Under the pieces are notes generated by a model. It ran no database searches, had not been told where the DNA came from, and worked only from the letters and a program-made list of their open reading frames with translations. A program made the position numbers and the translations under genes. Positions 27,874-36,618 of a DNA stretch of 64,000 bases are shown in pieces. The stretch's first letter is position 1. Every line of letters starts with the position of its first letter. Origin of the DNA: an uncultured Alphaproteobacteria bacterium (GTDB lineage: Bacteria; Pseudomonadota; Alphaproteobacteria; RF32; CAG-239); the NCBI GenBank assembly GCA_947588275.1, contig CANPYJ010000003.1, positions 959 to 64,958 of the forward strand. Reading direction: 5' to 3'.

Positions 27874-27893
27874 TTTGTTTGAATAAAACCGAA

Positions 27894-28352
27894 CTATTTG
27901 CTCTCGGAAGCTGCGGCCTCAGCCTTAGCAGCCTCGGCAGCAGCGGCTTTCTCCGCGGCAACGCGAGCCAAATCCTTAGCGCCTTTGGCGTTGACATCAC
28001 GGTCTACCAACTCAATGATAGCCATATCCGCCGCATCGCCATAGCGCATACCGGCACGCAAAACGCGGCAATATCCGCCGTTGCGGTTTTTATAACGCTC
28101 AGCCAGTGTTGAGAACAGCTTGGCCACGATTTCTTCATCGCGCAAAAAAGACAATGCCTGACGACGATTCGCCAGTCCGCCTTTTTTACCAAGGGTAATC
28201 ATATTGTCAACAAACGTTCTCAGAGCTTTGGCTCTTTGAACCGTAACCTTAATCTGCTCATGGTTCAAAACTGCAGCAGTAAGGTTGGAAAACAAAGCTT
28301 TGCGGGCATTGGTATCCATATTCAGCTTAACGTGTTTTACACCGTGTCTCAT
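27894..28352 (-). CDS. rplQ: 50S ribosomal protein L17
   Basis: MRHGVKHVKLN... and GGYCRVLRAGMRYGD, with an Ala/Lys-rich C-terminal tail. ATG at 28352 follows an AAAGGAGA SD. Confidence 0.92.
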   Translation of the reverse strand: MRHGVKHVKLNMDTNARKALFSNLTAAVLNHEQIKVTVQRAKALRTFVDNMITLGKKGGLANRRQALSFLRDEEIVAKLFSTLAERYKNRNGGYCRVLRAGMRYGDAADMAIIELVDRDVNAKGAKDLARVAAEKAAAAEAAKAEAAASESK

Positions 28353-28522
28353 GGCATTCTCCTTTTTCTGTGGCTTGCAAGGCAAACCGTATCAAACCCA
28401 AAGTCTTTACTACCGACAGCTCCAAAGTACGCCCATACATAAAGACTCCATATTCGCCTGAGTTTCTAACACACAAAATCCATGTTTGCAAGCAAAATCT
28501 TATCTAAAAAATTTCAGACTGT

Positions 28523-29884
28523 CTAAATTGCCTTAAGCAGTTCTCGGCTGAAATCGGCCAAAGAGTTGTCATGGGCACCCATAATCACGATTCGGTCACC
28601 CTGACGTGCATTTTCCAGCACAAAGCGCCGCGTATCTTCCTTGTGAGGCAAAAACAGCGCCTGCTGATGCCCGTTTTGCTTGATTTCACGAATGATATTG
28701 GCCGACGAGATTCCTACATCCTGCGGCGTCAGTTCATATATCTCCTGCATAATCATAATGTCTTCCGGCGCCAACACCCGAGCCACTGCGGCCGCCATCT
28801 CGCTGCCTGTATTCACCGCCGAAAACGGCGTATGCGGCTGATACATGGCAATAATCCGCCCCGGATAATCTTTGAGCGCCAGCAAAGAGGCTTCGATTTT
28901 GCTCGGATTGTGAGCAAAGTCATTATAAACCGTAACACCTTTGGAAGTGCCGATTTTCTCCAACCGCACCTTAATTCCCAAAAAGCCTTCCAGCGCCGCT
29001 GCACATTCAAATTTGTCGAATCCCAGCATCATACATGCTGAAATCGCCGCCAAAGCGTTCGAAACATTGAACTTGCCGATAAGATTTAAGCGGAAAGTCC
29101 GTCCCTCGATTGAATATTCGATTCCGTTGTCGACCGCACGCACGTTTTCGGCCGTCAAATCGGCCTCCCGATTGCCGACCGAATAGCTGAACACGCGTGC
29201 CGGACTCTTAAGCCCGCGGCTCAGCGGACAGTCATAATTTACCACCAACGCGCCGGTAACGTGCTGCGCAAAGGTTGAAAAATATTCAATAAGTTTTTCC
29301 ATACTGGTATGATCGTGCGAAATATTATTGACCAGCCCGACAAAAGGCCGATACTTGCGAATGGAGCCATCGCTTTCATCAGCCTCAATCACGCAATATT
29401 CGCCGTCGTTATACAAATAATTCGGCAGCCCCGGCTGGTTTTCATAATTACAGAGCATGCCGCCGTTAATCATCGTCGGCTTTTGCCCGAGCTGATCCAA
29501 AACATAGCCGATCATTGCCGTTGTTGTTGTTTTGCCGGCCGTGCCGCCGACGGCAATTCCTTTGGGATAAGACGACAATATCTCGCACAGCAGATCCGAA
29601 CGGCTTTTGACCGGAATGTTGTAAGCGTGCGCCGCCCGAATATCCGGATTATTATCATCAAGCGCGGCCGAAGCATAAACGCAGGCCATATCCGGCGTAA
29701 TGCCGCTGCCGTCTTGCGGGATAACCTTGAGGCCGACCGTCTCCAGCGCCCGCCGTCGAGCAGTGTCGCCGCCGACATCAAAGCTCCGGTCCGAACCATA
29801 AACCTCATAACCTTTTTTCAGCATAATTTGTTCAAGCGGACTGATTCCGTTTCCGGCTGCCCCGCAGAAAGCAATTTTTATCAT
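28523..29884 (-). CDS. Mur-ligase family protein (MurC/Mpl-like)
   Basis: N-terminal Rossmann region (FCGAAGNGISPLEQIMLKKGYEVYGSD), P-loop GGTAGKTTTTAMIG, VIEADESDGS and NISHDH. It is not in a dcw context. Confidence 0.75.
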   Translation of the reverse strand: MIKIAFCGAAGNGISPLEQIMLKKGYEVYGSDRSFDVGGDTARRRALETVGLKVIPQDGSGITPDMACVYASAALDDNNPDIRAAHAYNIPVKSRSDLLCEILSSYPKGIAVGGTAGKTTTTAMIGYVLDQLGQKPTMINGGMLCNYENQPGLPNYLYNDGEYCVIEADESDGSIRKYRPFVGLVNNISHDHTSMEKLIEYFSTFAQHVTGALVVNYDCPLSRGLKSPARVFSYSVGNREADLTAENVRAVDNGIEYSIEGRTFRLNLIGKFNVSNALAAISACMMLGFDKFECAAALEGFLGIKVRLEKIGTSKGVTVYNDFAHNPSKIEASLLALKDYPGRIIAMYQPHTPFSAVNTGSEMAAAVARVLAPEDIMIMQEIYELTPQDVGISSANIIREIKQNGHQQALFLPHKEDTRRFVLENARQGDRIVIMGAHDNSLADFSRELLKAI

Positions 29885-29902
29885 TCGTTGTTGTCCTCAG
29901 TT

Positions 29903-30778
29903 CTAAAGTGCATCCATTGTTTCTTTTTCTTGTTCATTCAGCAATATCAGGTTTTTGTAGTCAACTACAATATAACTTTTTCCGTCGCCGTCAACATTAA
30001 CCGCCAGCGCCGCCTCAACCTGATTGTTGTGATAGACCGAATACAAAACCGCCGCGCCGCTTTGCAGTTGTGACAAAAACTGCGGATTGCCAATGGGTGC
30101 GGATTCCTGAACCATAATATCTTTGCCGTTTTTGTCTTTCTTGACCACGTCGATTTGCGCCGGCGTAAAATACTCCTGCGCATTACCGTATTTTTTGCTC
30201 AACCGCATATCATAAATTTTATAAAGCTGCATAACTTTTTCGGCCGAAGCGTTGTCGTCAATCAACCGCCCATATGCCAAAATACGCCACAGCCGATCGC
30301 CGTCGCCGAAAGTGACGATAACCCGCCCGAAATCGTCAATCGCTTTGGGCAAGCGCGTAACTTTAAAGCTGTTGACATAATCTTTTTGTTCGACCGGCGT
30401 CATCATAATTCCCTGATTCCGCGTCTGATTCATTGTTGCACCCCACATCAGTCCGAAAGGCGCCCCCTGCTGACGGGCATTAAGCGGATTTCTATCGACC
30501 GCCGAAGCTACGGCCCGCTGCCGCAATTTCGGAAAACTCTGTTTGCGCAATGCCCGCGGCCTCTGCTCCAACAACTTGCGGGCCTGCGCCTGTGCATCGG
30601 CGGCGTTGACCGTCGGCTGAGGCTTAACCGCGGCGGCTTCGGCCTTTTGAGCCGCCTCTTGCGCCTCAACTTCGGCCAAAACTTCGGCATCAACCAAAAA
30701 ATCCTGTGACAATCCGCCGCTTTGCGCCGCTGCCTTGGCCGTCATTGCCAACATCGCAAACAGGATAAGTTTTTTCAT
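29903..30778 (-). CDS. Secreted hypothetical protein
   Basis: Signal peptide MKKLILFAMLAMTAKAAAQ followed by an A/E/Q-rich linker. Lies 18 nt upstream of the Mur ligase on the same strand. No family recognised. Confidence 0.45.
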   Translation of the reverse strand: MKKLILFAMLAMTAKAAAQSGGLSQDFLVDAEVLAEVEAQEAAQKAEAAAVKPQPTVNAADAQAQARKLLEQRPRALRKQSFPKLRQRAVASAVDRNPLNARQQGAPFGLMWGATMNQTRNQGIMMTPVEQKDYVNSFKVTRLPKAIDDFGRVIVTFGDGDRLWRILAYGRLIDDNASAEKVMQLYKIYDMRLSKKYGNAQEYFTPAQIDVVKKDKNGKDIMVQESAPIGNPQFLSQLQSGAAVLYSVYHNNQVEAALAVNVDGDGKSYIVVDYKNLILLNEQEKETMDAL

Positions 30779-30888
30779 CTAAAAATCCTTTTTCCAAAAA
30801 ATTAAATTGAACAGCGTTCAAGTTTTGGTTATTATAAGATATAATTGCAAATATTTTGTTAAATATCTATGTTTTCGGGTAAGAACGG

Positions 30889-31527
30889 ATGACAGACACT
30901 ATGGATCAATACCTGCGGCTCAAGAAGTTTGTTCATGATGAGGTTCGCAAAACACTGCTGCGCGCCGGTCGCCGTCTGGTGGTGGAAAAAGGCGCCGAAT
31001 ACCTGACCGCGCGCAAACTGGCCGAAGCCTCAAATTCATCTGTCGGCACAATTTATAACGCCTTTTCCACCATGGAAAACTTTATTGCCGCCGAAAATCT
31101 CCAAACCCTGAGTGAACTTTATGAGGCTTTGGTTACAATTATTCCCGAGGCCAACCCCTTCAACACCATAAACCGCTATGCCGATGTTTTCAGCGCTTTT
31201 GTCGTCAACAACCGCAATTTGTGGATTCTTCTGTACCGTGAGCATCTGTTCAACGGCGCGCAGCCTTTGCCGGCGCCTTACCGCAAAATCATTTGCCGGT
31301 TTGAAAAACTGCTTGACCGTCAGATAGCACAGATGTTCGGAAGTCTCACCCGTGGCGAGCGACGGGTAGCGCTACAGGTTTTGGGCGTTTCGCTGTTTGC
31401 CTTGAGCGGTTTTTTGACCGCCGACGCCAAAGAGCGGGTACGCAACGTCAATAAAGACAACCTCTGCAAACTGTTGCTCAACACCTATTTGGCCGGACTT
31501 GACAGCTTACGAAAGGCTTATCGATGA
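30889..31527 (+). CDS. TetR/AcrR-family transcriptional regulator
   Basis: N-terminal HTH (LTARKLAEASNSSVGTIYNAF) and an all-helical C-terminal domain. Confidence 0.7.
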   Translation: MTDTMDQYLRLKKFVHDEVRKTLLRAGRRLVVEKGAEYLTARKLAEASNSSVGTIYNAFSTMENFIAAENLQTLSELYEALVTIIPEANPFNTINRYADVFSAFVVNNRNLWILLYREHLFNGAQPLPAPYRKIICRFEKLLDRQIAQMFGSLTRGERRVALQVLGVSLFALSGFLTADAKERVRNVNKDNLCKLLLNTYLAGLDSLRKAYR

Positions 31528-32075
31528 TTTATGAAGCTTACTACAAATTTTTAGCCATATTGAACGATCCGGCGTTTCTGCATGCCTTTTTTGACAATCG
31601 ATTCTACCTGATTTTGCTGGTTATCATCCTGTTGCGAGTAAAATACACCACCTACAGTTCCATGTGGATGAGTTCTTTGGTCAATATTCCGGGGACAATT
31701 TTACATGAGTTTCTGCACTATTTTGTCGGCGCGCTGCTCAACGCACGTCCCTGCAATTTCACGATTTTTCCGCGCCGCGGCGAAGACGGCAACTATGTAA
31801 TGGGCAGTGTCGGTTTCCGCAACATCACTTTTTATAATGCCGTTCCCTCCGCCATGGCGCCGCTGCTTTTGCTGCCGTTGGGATTCTATGTCAACCGCTT
31901 GGTTCTGCCGCAGATTCAGCCGACTTTTGTCAACTACGTGTTATATGTATTGCTGCAAACCATCATCATTGAAAACGCCATGCCCTCCGGCGCCGATTTT
32001 CGAGTGGCGCGGATGTATATTTCCGGCGTTTTGATGTACGGCTTTATCTTTTTAACCCTATTCCTGACTCTCTAG
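31524..32075 (+). CDS. Membrane protein with an HExxH motif (M50B/DUF3267-like)
   Basis: ATGA overlap with the TetR gene. PGTILHEFLHYFVGALL motif and about 4-5 TM segments. Confidence 0.5.
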   Translation: MIYEAYYKFLAILNDPAFLHAFFDNRFYLILLVIILLRVKYTTYSSMWMSSLVNIPGTILHEFLHYFVGALLNARPCNFTIFPRRGEDGNYVMGSVGFRNITFYNAVPSAMAPLLLLPLGFYVNRLVLPQIQPTFVNYVLYVLLQTIIIENAMPSGADFRVARMYISGVLMYGFIFLTLFLTL

Positions 32076-32566
32076 TTCTGCGATTTTTTCAAAAGCTCCA
32101 GCGTATTTTGCGCCAACGTATTGATACGGTGCAAATCGGAATTGTCAGGCTGTTTGCGATAAATATCGACCAATTGATTGGCAAGTTTGAGAATTTTGCG
32201 GCAGCGATCGGCAACCGACAAATCCTCAGAACCGACCACTTCCAGCATTTTTTCCAACAGCGGAGCCTTTTGCCGATCCGAATGAGCCACGGCCAGCGCC
32301 TGCTCATAATACGCGAAAGCGGCTGACGGCATTTTCTTTTTGACATAAGCGCGGGCAATGTTTTGATAAGCCCAAAACAACAAAACGTCGCGTTTGGTAC
32401 TGCGCTCCATCCGGCAAGCCGGCGTTCCTGCGCAAAAGTTTATTACTTTGTCATAAGCCCGTATCATTTCATCCAGATTTTTGCTCTCCGCAACCATATC
32501 GTTTGCCTGCTGAAAAGCCTGCATAATCGTTTGCGGATGAGCTTTTGTGTGCTCTTCCACTTTCAT
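32072..32566 (-). CDS. Hypothetical all-helical (TPR-like) protein
   Basis: 164-aa ORF with helical-repeat character (YQNIARAYVKKKMPSAAFAYYEQALAVA). No family recognised. Confidence 0.4.
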   Translation of the reverse strand: MKVEEHTKAHPQTIMQAFQQANDMVAESKNLDEMIRAYDKVINFCAGTPACRMERSTKRDVLLFWAYQNIARAYVKKKMPSAAFAYYEQALAVAHSDRQKAPLLEKMLEVVGSEDLSVADRCRKILKLANQLVDIYRKQPDNSDLHRINTLAQNTLELLKKSQN

Positions 32567-32594
32567 ATATGCGTTTCCTTAAAAATCGTGTTAA

Positions 32595-32915
32595 TTATAA
32601 CTGGTAGTTTTGTTCAAAACCCATCACGCAGGTGCGTCCGAGTTCGCCGCCCGTCCGCAGACAATATTCATCGCGCACCAAGTCATATTTGGCATGAACC
32701 GGACATTCCTCGCACAAACAACCGCGGTCTTCCTCAATGCAATGACTTTTTTCAAAAGCGCAAAACATACTTTCATAATGTTCCACATTGTCCAAATCAT
32801 CGGCCAATTTAATCAGATTCAGAGGATAATTCTTAATTTTACAGCCCATGGTATACGACGGGCATTCTCGGCAACGGCAAGACTTGAGATTTTCTTTTGT
32901 TTTGGCGACTAACAT
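32595..32915 (-). CDS. Cys-rich DUF2769-like protein
   Basis: CRCRECPSY ... FCAFEKSHC ... CLCEECPV ... YCLRTG. ATG at 32915 follows an AAAGGAG SD. Confidence 0.55.
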   Translation of the reverse strand: MLVAKTKENLKSCRCRECPSYTMGCKIKNYPLNLIKLADDLDNVEHYESMFCAFEKSHCIEEDRGCLCEECPVHAKYDLVRDEYCLRTGGELGRTCVMGFEQNYQL

Positions 32916-33010
32916 TTTTTGCTCCTTTGTTAACACTGCGTCAAGACGTAAGCGCCAAAATGCAAAATACAAGCCGAACTAGACCAAAGTGCAAGATGTC
33001 ATAACCTTTG

Positions 33011-33105
33011 TCGTCACGAAGACGTATCCAATCCCTCCTTGTCATTGCAAGGACGTGTTGTCCTCTTTTTATCATTGCGAGGACGCTCGCGCCCGAAGCA
33101 ATCCA
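33011..33105. repeat. Short tandem/palindromic intergenic repeat (TCATTGC[A/G]AGGACG twice; ...CGAAGCAATCC end)
   Basis: Copies at 33042-33055 and 33072-33085. ATTGC...GCAAT arms form a hairpin. Confidence 0.4.
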
Positions 33106-33133
33106 TTTTTTGTCTGCCGTGTGAAATAGGTTA

Positions 33134-33162
33134 TTGACACACTTTTATTGTCCTGCTAAAAT
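33134..33162 (+). promoter_or_regulatory. Near-consensus sigma70 promoter
   Basis: TTGACA, 17 nt spacer, TAAAAT. Lies 29 nt upstream of the ATG at 33191 (GGAGG SD). Confidence 0.55.
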
Positions 33163-33190
33163 AAAAGAAAAGTCTTTTATGGAGGCAGGG

Positions 33191-34246
33191 ATGAAAAAGC
33201 TATCATTTGCGGCGGCGTTGGGCATCGGAACAATGTTCACAACCTCAGCTTGGGCGGCAGACTGTGTCAAGGCCGACTGCGCAAGTTTAGGCTACACTCT
33301 TTCTCTTCCCACCAATTGTCTGGAGTCCATTAATTGTCCTTTTGACACGGCTTATAAAGCTTGCACCCATTTAGAGAACGACTTGTTGGATTCCTGCCCC
33401 TCCGGCAAAACCTGCACCAAAAAATATAAAGTGACCGAAGAAGACAGCTCCTGCAGCCACTTCGGATCCAATTATAAAAAGACGCTTGCCGAATGCGGCA
33501 CCGATTCTCACGGGTCTTATTCTTTGGGTACTACCGCGTCATCCGACCCTTCCTGCAAACAGTGTGTTTTGACATGTAACACAGGATACACGACTGCGCC
33601 TGAATACACTTATACCTCCTGTACCCTTTGTCCGACAATATTGACAACTGTTTTCAATCCTTATTGTAACGGCTATTGTCATCTTTTGGGAGGCACGAAC
33701 GGTACTTCCTTAACTCCCAACGAGGACAAGATTAACTTCTTGACCACTGATGTCACGCTTAATGCAACTATTAGCAATGAACATAGCTCTAACAGCGGAA
33801 CGTTTGAGAACATGACAACCGCACCGGCTGGCGGACCATTTTCGATATCGACCTGCGGATTCACCCAGAATCCCGAGCTGACATTAAACACTCTCACGGC
33901 TGAGGGTACTGTTTCGTTGAAATTTGAAGTGCCTGTTTCGGGAACAATCGACATCAGTGGTTCAGGTTACAAGAATTTTCAATTCTACAACAAGACCGAC
34001 GTGACAATAAAAAATACCAAAATTACTAACGGCACTGGAATAATAATGGAGCTTCATCCTAACAATTATTCTAATAGTGGAGATATAAATTTGATCTTTG
34101 ATACATGTGCTTCTAGTTCCTGCACTGCGACTATGGAAGCATCGGGCCCTGTAGGGTCGAATAAAGTTACTTATACAATCAAAGACTCAAAATGGAAAGT
34201 CGATTGCAACGACCGTAATAGTATTGGCTGTACAAAAAAGAACTAA
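33191..34246 (+). CDS. Secreted Cys-rich protein, function unknown
   Basis: Signal peptide MKKLSFAAALGIGTMFTTSAWA. The first half of the mature protein is dense in Cys (ADCVKADCASLGY...), the second half is S/T/N-rich. The 3' half is AT-rich. Confidence 0.55.
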   Translation: MKKLSFAAALGIGTMFTTSAWAADCVKADCASLGYTLSLPTNCLESINCPFDTAYKACTHLENDLLDSCPSGKTCTKKYKVTEEDSSCSHFGSNYKKTLAECGTDSHGSYSLGTTASSDPSCKQCVLTCNTGYTTAPEYTYTSCTLCPTILTTVFNPYCNGYCHLLGGTNGTSLTPNEDKINFLTTDVTLNATISNEHSSNSGTFENMTTAPAGGPFSISTCGFTQNPELTLNTLTAEGTVSLKFEVPVSGTIDISGSGYKNFQFYNKTDVTIKNTKITNGTGIIMELHPNNYSNSGDINLIFDTCASSSCTATMEASGPVGSNKVTYTIKDSKWKVDCNDRNSIGCTKKN

Positions 34247-34277
34247 AAAAATCCCGCCTTATAGGCGGGATTTTTTT
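34247..34277 (+). terminator. Rho-independent terminator
   Basis: ATCCCGCCT / AGGCGGGAT stem followed by TTTTTTT. Confidence 0.8.
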
Positions 34278-34475
34278 GCAAACCCGCGCCGATACAAAGA
34301 CGATTACGATTTAACGGATAGATTGCCATTGTCTGCCGGCGCAGCAAAACGCCAAGAAATAAACACCCAAGCTAAAACGCCAGATTAATAATATTCCGGA
34401 TACGTCAGATACCCGAAATTTTTCGGAACAAAAACTTGCGCAACACGCCGATAACTTTGCAACAACCTAAAAACG

Positions 34476-34505
34476 CATAAAAAAAACGGCTGTTCCCAGC
34501 CCGTT
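34476..34505 (-). terminator. Second (distal) copy of the duplicated terminator downstream of rpoA
   Basis: On the minus strand CGGCTG-GGAA-CAGCCG followed by a T-run. Near-identical to the copy at 34543-34571. Confidence 0.6.
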
Positions 34506-34542
34506 GTGGTTCACGGCAGACATTGCAGCACCCCTAAACCGC

Positions 34543-34571
34543 ATAAAAAAGCGGCTGTTCCCAGCCGCTTT
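34543..34571 (-). terminator. Rho-independent terminator 20 nt after the rpoA stop
   Basis: On the minus strand GCGGCTG-GGAA-CAGCCGC followed by TTTTTT. Confidence 0.75.
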
Positions 34572-34588
34572 CAAAATCTTTGCCAACT

Positions 34589-35599
34589 TTAGAAATGTTC
34601 GTCACAACGGCGAATCAATTCCTCAATATTCTCAGGCGGCCATCCCGGCGTATCCATACCCAAATGAATACCCATTTTGGCCAACACTTCTTTGATTTCG
34701 TTCAGAGATTTGCGACCAAAGTTCGGGGTGCGCAACATTTCGGCCTCGGTCTTTTGAACCAAATCGCCGATATAAACAATGTTGTCGTTCTTGAGGCAGT
34801 TTGCCGAACGAACCGAAAGCTCCAGTTCCTCAACCTTTTTAAGCAGATTGCGGTTAAACGGCAGCTCTTCTTTTTCCGACTCGGCCTCTGTCTCAGGCTC
34901 GTCAAAGTTAATAAACGGCTTAAGCTGATCTTGCAAAATGCGCGCCGCAAAAGCAACCGCATCTTCCGGCGTAACCACACCGTTGGTCTCAACCACCATG
35001 GTCAGCTTGTCATAGTCGGTGGCCTGTCCGACACGAGTATTTTCAACCTTGTAAGAAACCTTGCGCACCGGCGAATAAATCGCATCAACGGCAATCAACC
35101 CTATCGGCGCGTCAGCCGGCTTGTTGAGCGCGGCCGGAACATATCCTTTGCCTGTGCCGACCGTCAATTCCATATTGATTTTGGCGCCGGCGTCAAGGGT
35201 GCAAATAAGCAAATCAGGATTCATAATTTCAATATCATGACCATGCTCAATCATTGCCGCCGTCACTTCGCAGGGACCTTCGGCCTTAAGGGTCATTGTC
35301 TTTTGGCCTTCGCTGTGCAAAGCAACCGCCAGTCCTTTGATGTTAAGCACGATATCGGTCACATCTTCCCGCACTCCGGGAACAACCGAAAATTCATGCA
35401 AAACACCGTCAATTTTAATACTGGTAACCGCGCCGCCCTGCAAAGACGAGAGCAAAACTCTGCGCAACGCGTTGCCCAAAGTTAAGCCGAACCCTCTTTC
35501 CAAAGGCTCGACAACGATTTTGGCCTTATTTCCGCCTTCCAAAGCAGAAACATCCAAATTAGTCGGTTTAATAAGTTCTTGCCAATTCTTTTGAATCAC
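34589..35599 (-). CDS. rpoA: DNA-directed RNA polymerase subunit alpha
   Basis: A GTG start at 35599 gives [12 protein letters not shown]..., the canonical alphaproteobacterial N-terminus. 336 aa with the alpha-CTD ([12 protein letters not shown]). The track's extra 27 aa is a read-in. Confidence 0.95.
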   Translation of the reverse strand: MIQKNWQELIKPTNLDVSALEGGNKAKIVVEPLERGFGLTLGNALRRVLLSSLQGGAVTSIKIDGVLHEFSVVPGVREDVTDIVLNIKGLAVALHSEGQKTMTLKAEGPCEVTAAMIEHGHDIEIMNPDLLICTLDAGAKINMELTVGTGKGYVPAALNKPADAPIGLIAVDAIYSPVRKVSYKVENTRVGQATDYDKLTMVVETNGVVTPEDAVAFAARILQDQLKPFINFDEPETEAESEKEELPFNRNLLKKVEELELSVRSANCLKNDNIVYIGDLVQKTEAEMLRTPNFGRKSLNEIKEVLAKMGIHLGMDTPGWPPENIEELIRRCDEHF

Positions 35600-35691
35600 G
35601 GGAGTGTCCTCTTTTTTACTGCATATGCAAAGTTCAGAAAAACCAGACGACGACAAGGCCGCGCAAGGCCTTGTCCCCATCTGAAGATTTA

Positions 35692-36084
35692 TTAGACGCG
35701 ACGTCTCTTTCTCAAACGACAGCCATTATGAGGAATAGGGGTAACATCACGGATTGTGGTGATTGTAAATCCGACAACTTGCAAGGCTCTGATAGCAGAC
35801 TCTCTGCCAGACCCCGGCCCCTTAACTTCTACCTCTAAAGTTTTCATACCATGCTCCTGCGCCTTTTTGCCGGCTTCTTCAGCGGCAACCTGAGCGGCAT
35901 ACGGAGTCGATTTACGCGAACCCTTAAATCCCTGCGCCCCCGAGGTAGACCAAGCAACCGTGTTGCCCTGAGCGTCAGTGATGGTTACGCGAGTGTTGTT
36001 GAAAGTAGAATTAATATGTGCGACACCGGCCGTAATATTCTTCTTTTCTTTCTTTTTTACACGTTGTGTTACTGCTTTTGCCAT
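35692..36084 (-). CDS. rpsK: 30S ribosomal protein S11
   Basis: [18 protein letters not shown] ... TPIPHNGCR. Confidence 0.95.
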   Translation of the reverse strand: MAKAVTQRVKKKEKKNITAGVAHINSTFNNTRVTITDAQGNTVAWSTSGAQGFKGSRKSTPYAAQVAAEEAGKKAQEHGMKTLEVEVKGPGSGRESAIRALQVVGFTITTIRDVTPIPHNGCRLRKRRRV

Positions 36085-36097
36085 TTAACAACCTACC

Positions 36098-36466
36098 TTA
36101 TTTCTTCTTGTTAGCGACGGTCTTGCGCTTACCTTTGCGGGTACGGGCATTTTGTTTGGTGCTTTGTCCGCGCACCGGCAGACCTTTACGATGACGCAGA
36201 CCGCGGTAGCAGCCCAAATCCATCAGACGTTTGATGTTAACGCCGATTTCGCGGCGAAGTTCGCCTTCAACCACAATGTCTTTATCAATAACATCGCGGA
36301 TTTTGGCAACTTCTTCATCACTCAGTTCGTGCACGCGGCGGTCAACCGAAACGCCGGACTTCGCGCAAATGTCTTGAGCAGTTTTTCTTCCGATGCCGTA
36401 AATATAAGTCAGCGCGACCTCGATTCTTTTGGCAGTCGGGATATTTACACCAGCTATACGAGCCAA
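36098..36466 (-). CDS. rpsM: 30S ribosomal protein S13
   Basis: [10 protein letters not shown] ... [15 protein letters not shown]. Confidence 0.95.
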   Translation of the reverse strand: MARIAGVNIPTAKRIEVALTYIYGIGRKTAQDICAKSGVSVDRRVHELSDEEVAKIRDVIDKDIVVEGELRREIGVNIKRLMDLGCYRGLRHRKGLPVRGQSTKQNARTRKGKRKTVANKKK

Positions 36467-36536
36467 ATTAACTCTCCATTATTTAAAGATGAATTACATT
36501 TAAAAAGTTGATCACCACTTTTCAAAATTAAGCCGG

Positions 36537-36564
36537 ATTATATGCTAAAAATATTTTGTGTCAA
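36537..36564 (-). promoter_or_regulatory. Consensus sigma70 promoter for rpsM-rpsK-rpoA
   Basis: On the minus strand TTGACA, 16 nt spacer, TATAAT. Confidence 0.55.
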
Positions 36565-36618
36565 CAAAGATTTGTGATTTTTTTGGAAAAAAATGCGTTT
36601 TTTCGCGCCGACAAGCAA

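Noticed and set aside
28353-28522. Independent promoter for rplQ in the 170-nt gap after the Mur-ligase gene.
   Set aside because: Only poor -35/-10 combinations are present (for example TTGCAA-17-TAGAAA). They are too weak to call.
34580-35485. 301-aa plus-strand ORF.
   Set aside because: Antisense to rpoA.
35600-35680. N-terminal extensions suggested by the ORF track for rpoA. The same issue affects ddl (17955-18161), lepA (53653-53736), rpsC, rplW, secY, rplQ, mreB, miaA, GNAT, plsY and the first ferredoxin.
   Set aside because: The track takes the first ATG/GTG/TTG after a stop. In each case an internal start preceded by an SD restores the canonical family N-terminus and removes overlaps with the upstream gene.
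36467-36618. Looked for rpmJ (L36) or infA between adk and rpsM.
   Set aside because: There is no small basic ORF on the minus strand. Instead the spacer holds a consensus promoter. The absence is normal for Alphaproteobacteria.
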